Source: Paraspadella gotoi
Lineage: Eukaryota > Animalia > Chaetognatha
Assembly (NCBI GenBank): GCA_051294375.1
Contig: CM119264.1
Span: 6,139,110-6,203,109 of the forward strand
Direction: 5' to 3'
Length of the DNA: 64,000 nucleotides
Every line of letters starts with the position of its first letter. The stretch's first letter is position 1. The notes under the pieces were generated by a model. It made no database searches. It saw nothing but the letters and a program-made list of their open reading frames with translations, and was not told the DNA's origin. Positions 63,371-64,000 of the stretch are shown one piece after another. The position numbers and the translations under genes were made by a program.

Positions 63371-63632
63371 GTCGTTGTCGACGTCAACAAAAGCAGTTTA
63401 CGATTTAGGCCGAGGCGAATTGGTCTTCACAAAAAGGGAGGAGAGAAGAGAAGTGAGAAAAGAAAGGGAAAGAGAAGTGAAAGAGAGGGAAGGAGAAGAG
63501 AAAAGAGAAAGAAAGAGAAGTGAAAAGAGAGAAGGATTGTGAGGCGTGAGATTCGACAGTGAAAGATCAGCGACGTGAGGAAAGTTGACAACTTAACATA
63601 TTTCGGTCCGATTCTCGTCAAATGTAGACATT

Positions 63633-63678
<46 letters not shown>

Positions 63679-63897
63679 ATCTCTCTCATGGCGCGTCGCT
63701 TTCGCGACCTCATCTACGTGATGAAAGGGGGGCGTGGCGACTACTTGGACGTCAGCGTCAAATCGTTATTTTTGGCGCTTTTTGTGACGTCATTTGTGAG
63801 GTGATTACCGACAGTGAACTCGACGTCTCACCGACTCATTAGGTTAGGGCCTCGTGACGGGATTAGAGAGCTTTGGGAGAGAGAGAGGGAGTCAAAA

Positions 63898-63970
<73 letters not shown>

Positions 63971-64000
63971 TGATTTTTCTCCTCTTTTCTTCTTTTCTAT

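Overview
Eukaryotic, most likely invertebrate, draft-assembly DNA: AT-rich, with GT-AG introns, N gaps and many (CT)n and (GAC)n microsatellites. Most ORFs in the supplied track are low-complexity noise. Supported genes are a 7-exon SLC16/monocarboxylate-type MFS transporter with frame lesions (- strand, 7822-11371), a divergently oriented 3-exon 2'-5'-oligoadenylate-synthetase-like nucleotidyltransferase (13173-15340), an intron-containing tRNA-Tyr(GUA), and a few orphan exons/ORFs. The most unusual item is a family of miniature non-coding LTR retrotransposons (TRIMs): two full copies and one deleted solo LTR, with a tRNA-Trp-like PBS, a PPT, 4-bp TSDs and non-canonical TA...CA ends. Their LTRs carry a sense-oriented tRNA-like module with A/B boxes, and the sense strand has no TTTT. 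This looks like a tRNA-based counterpart of the 5S-carrying Cassandra TRIMs. One copy ends 102 bp upstream of the OAS-like start codon. Also present: a tRNA-derived SINE and a relative sharing its structured 3' tail, Tc1/mariner- and hAT-like non-autonomous elements, minisatellites, a candidate structured ncRNA, and a ~5-kb tandem duplication that looks like an assembly artefact. All alignments and folds were done by eye; no database search was possible.
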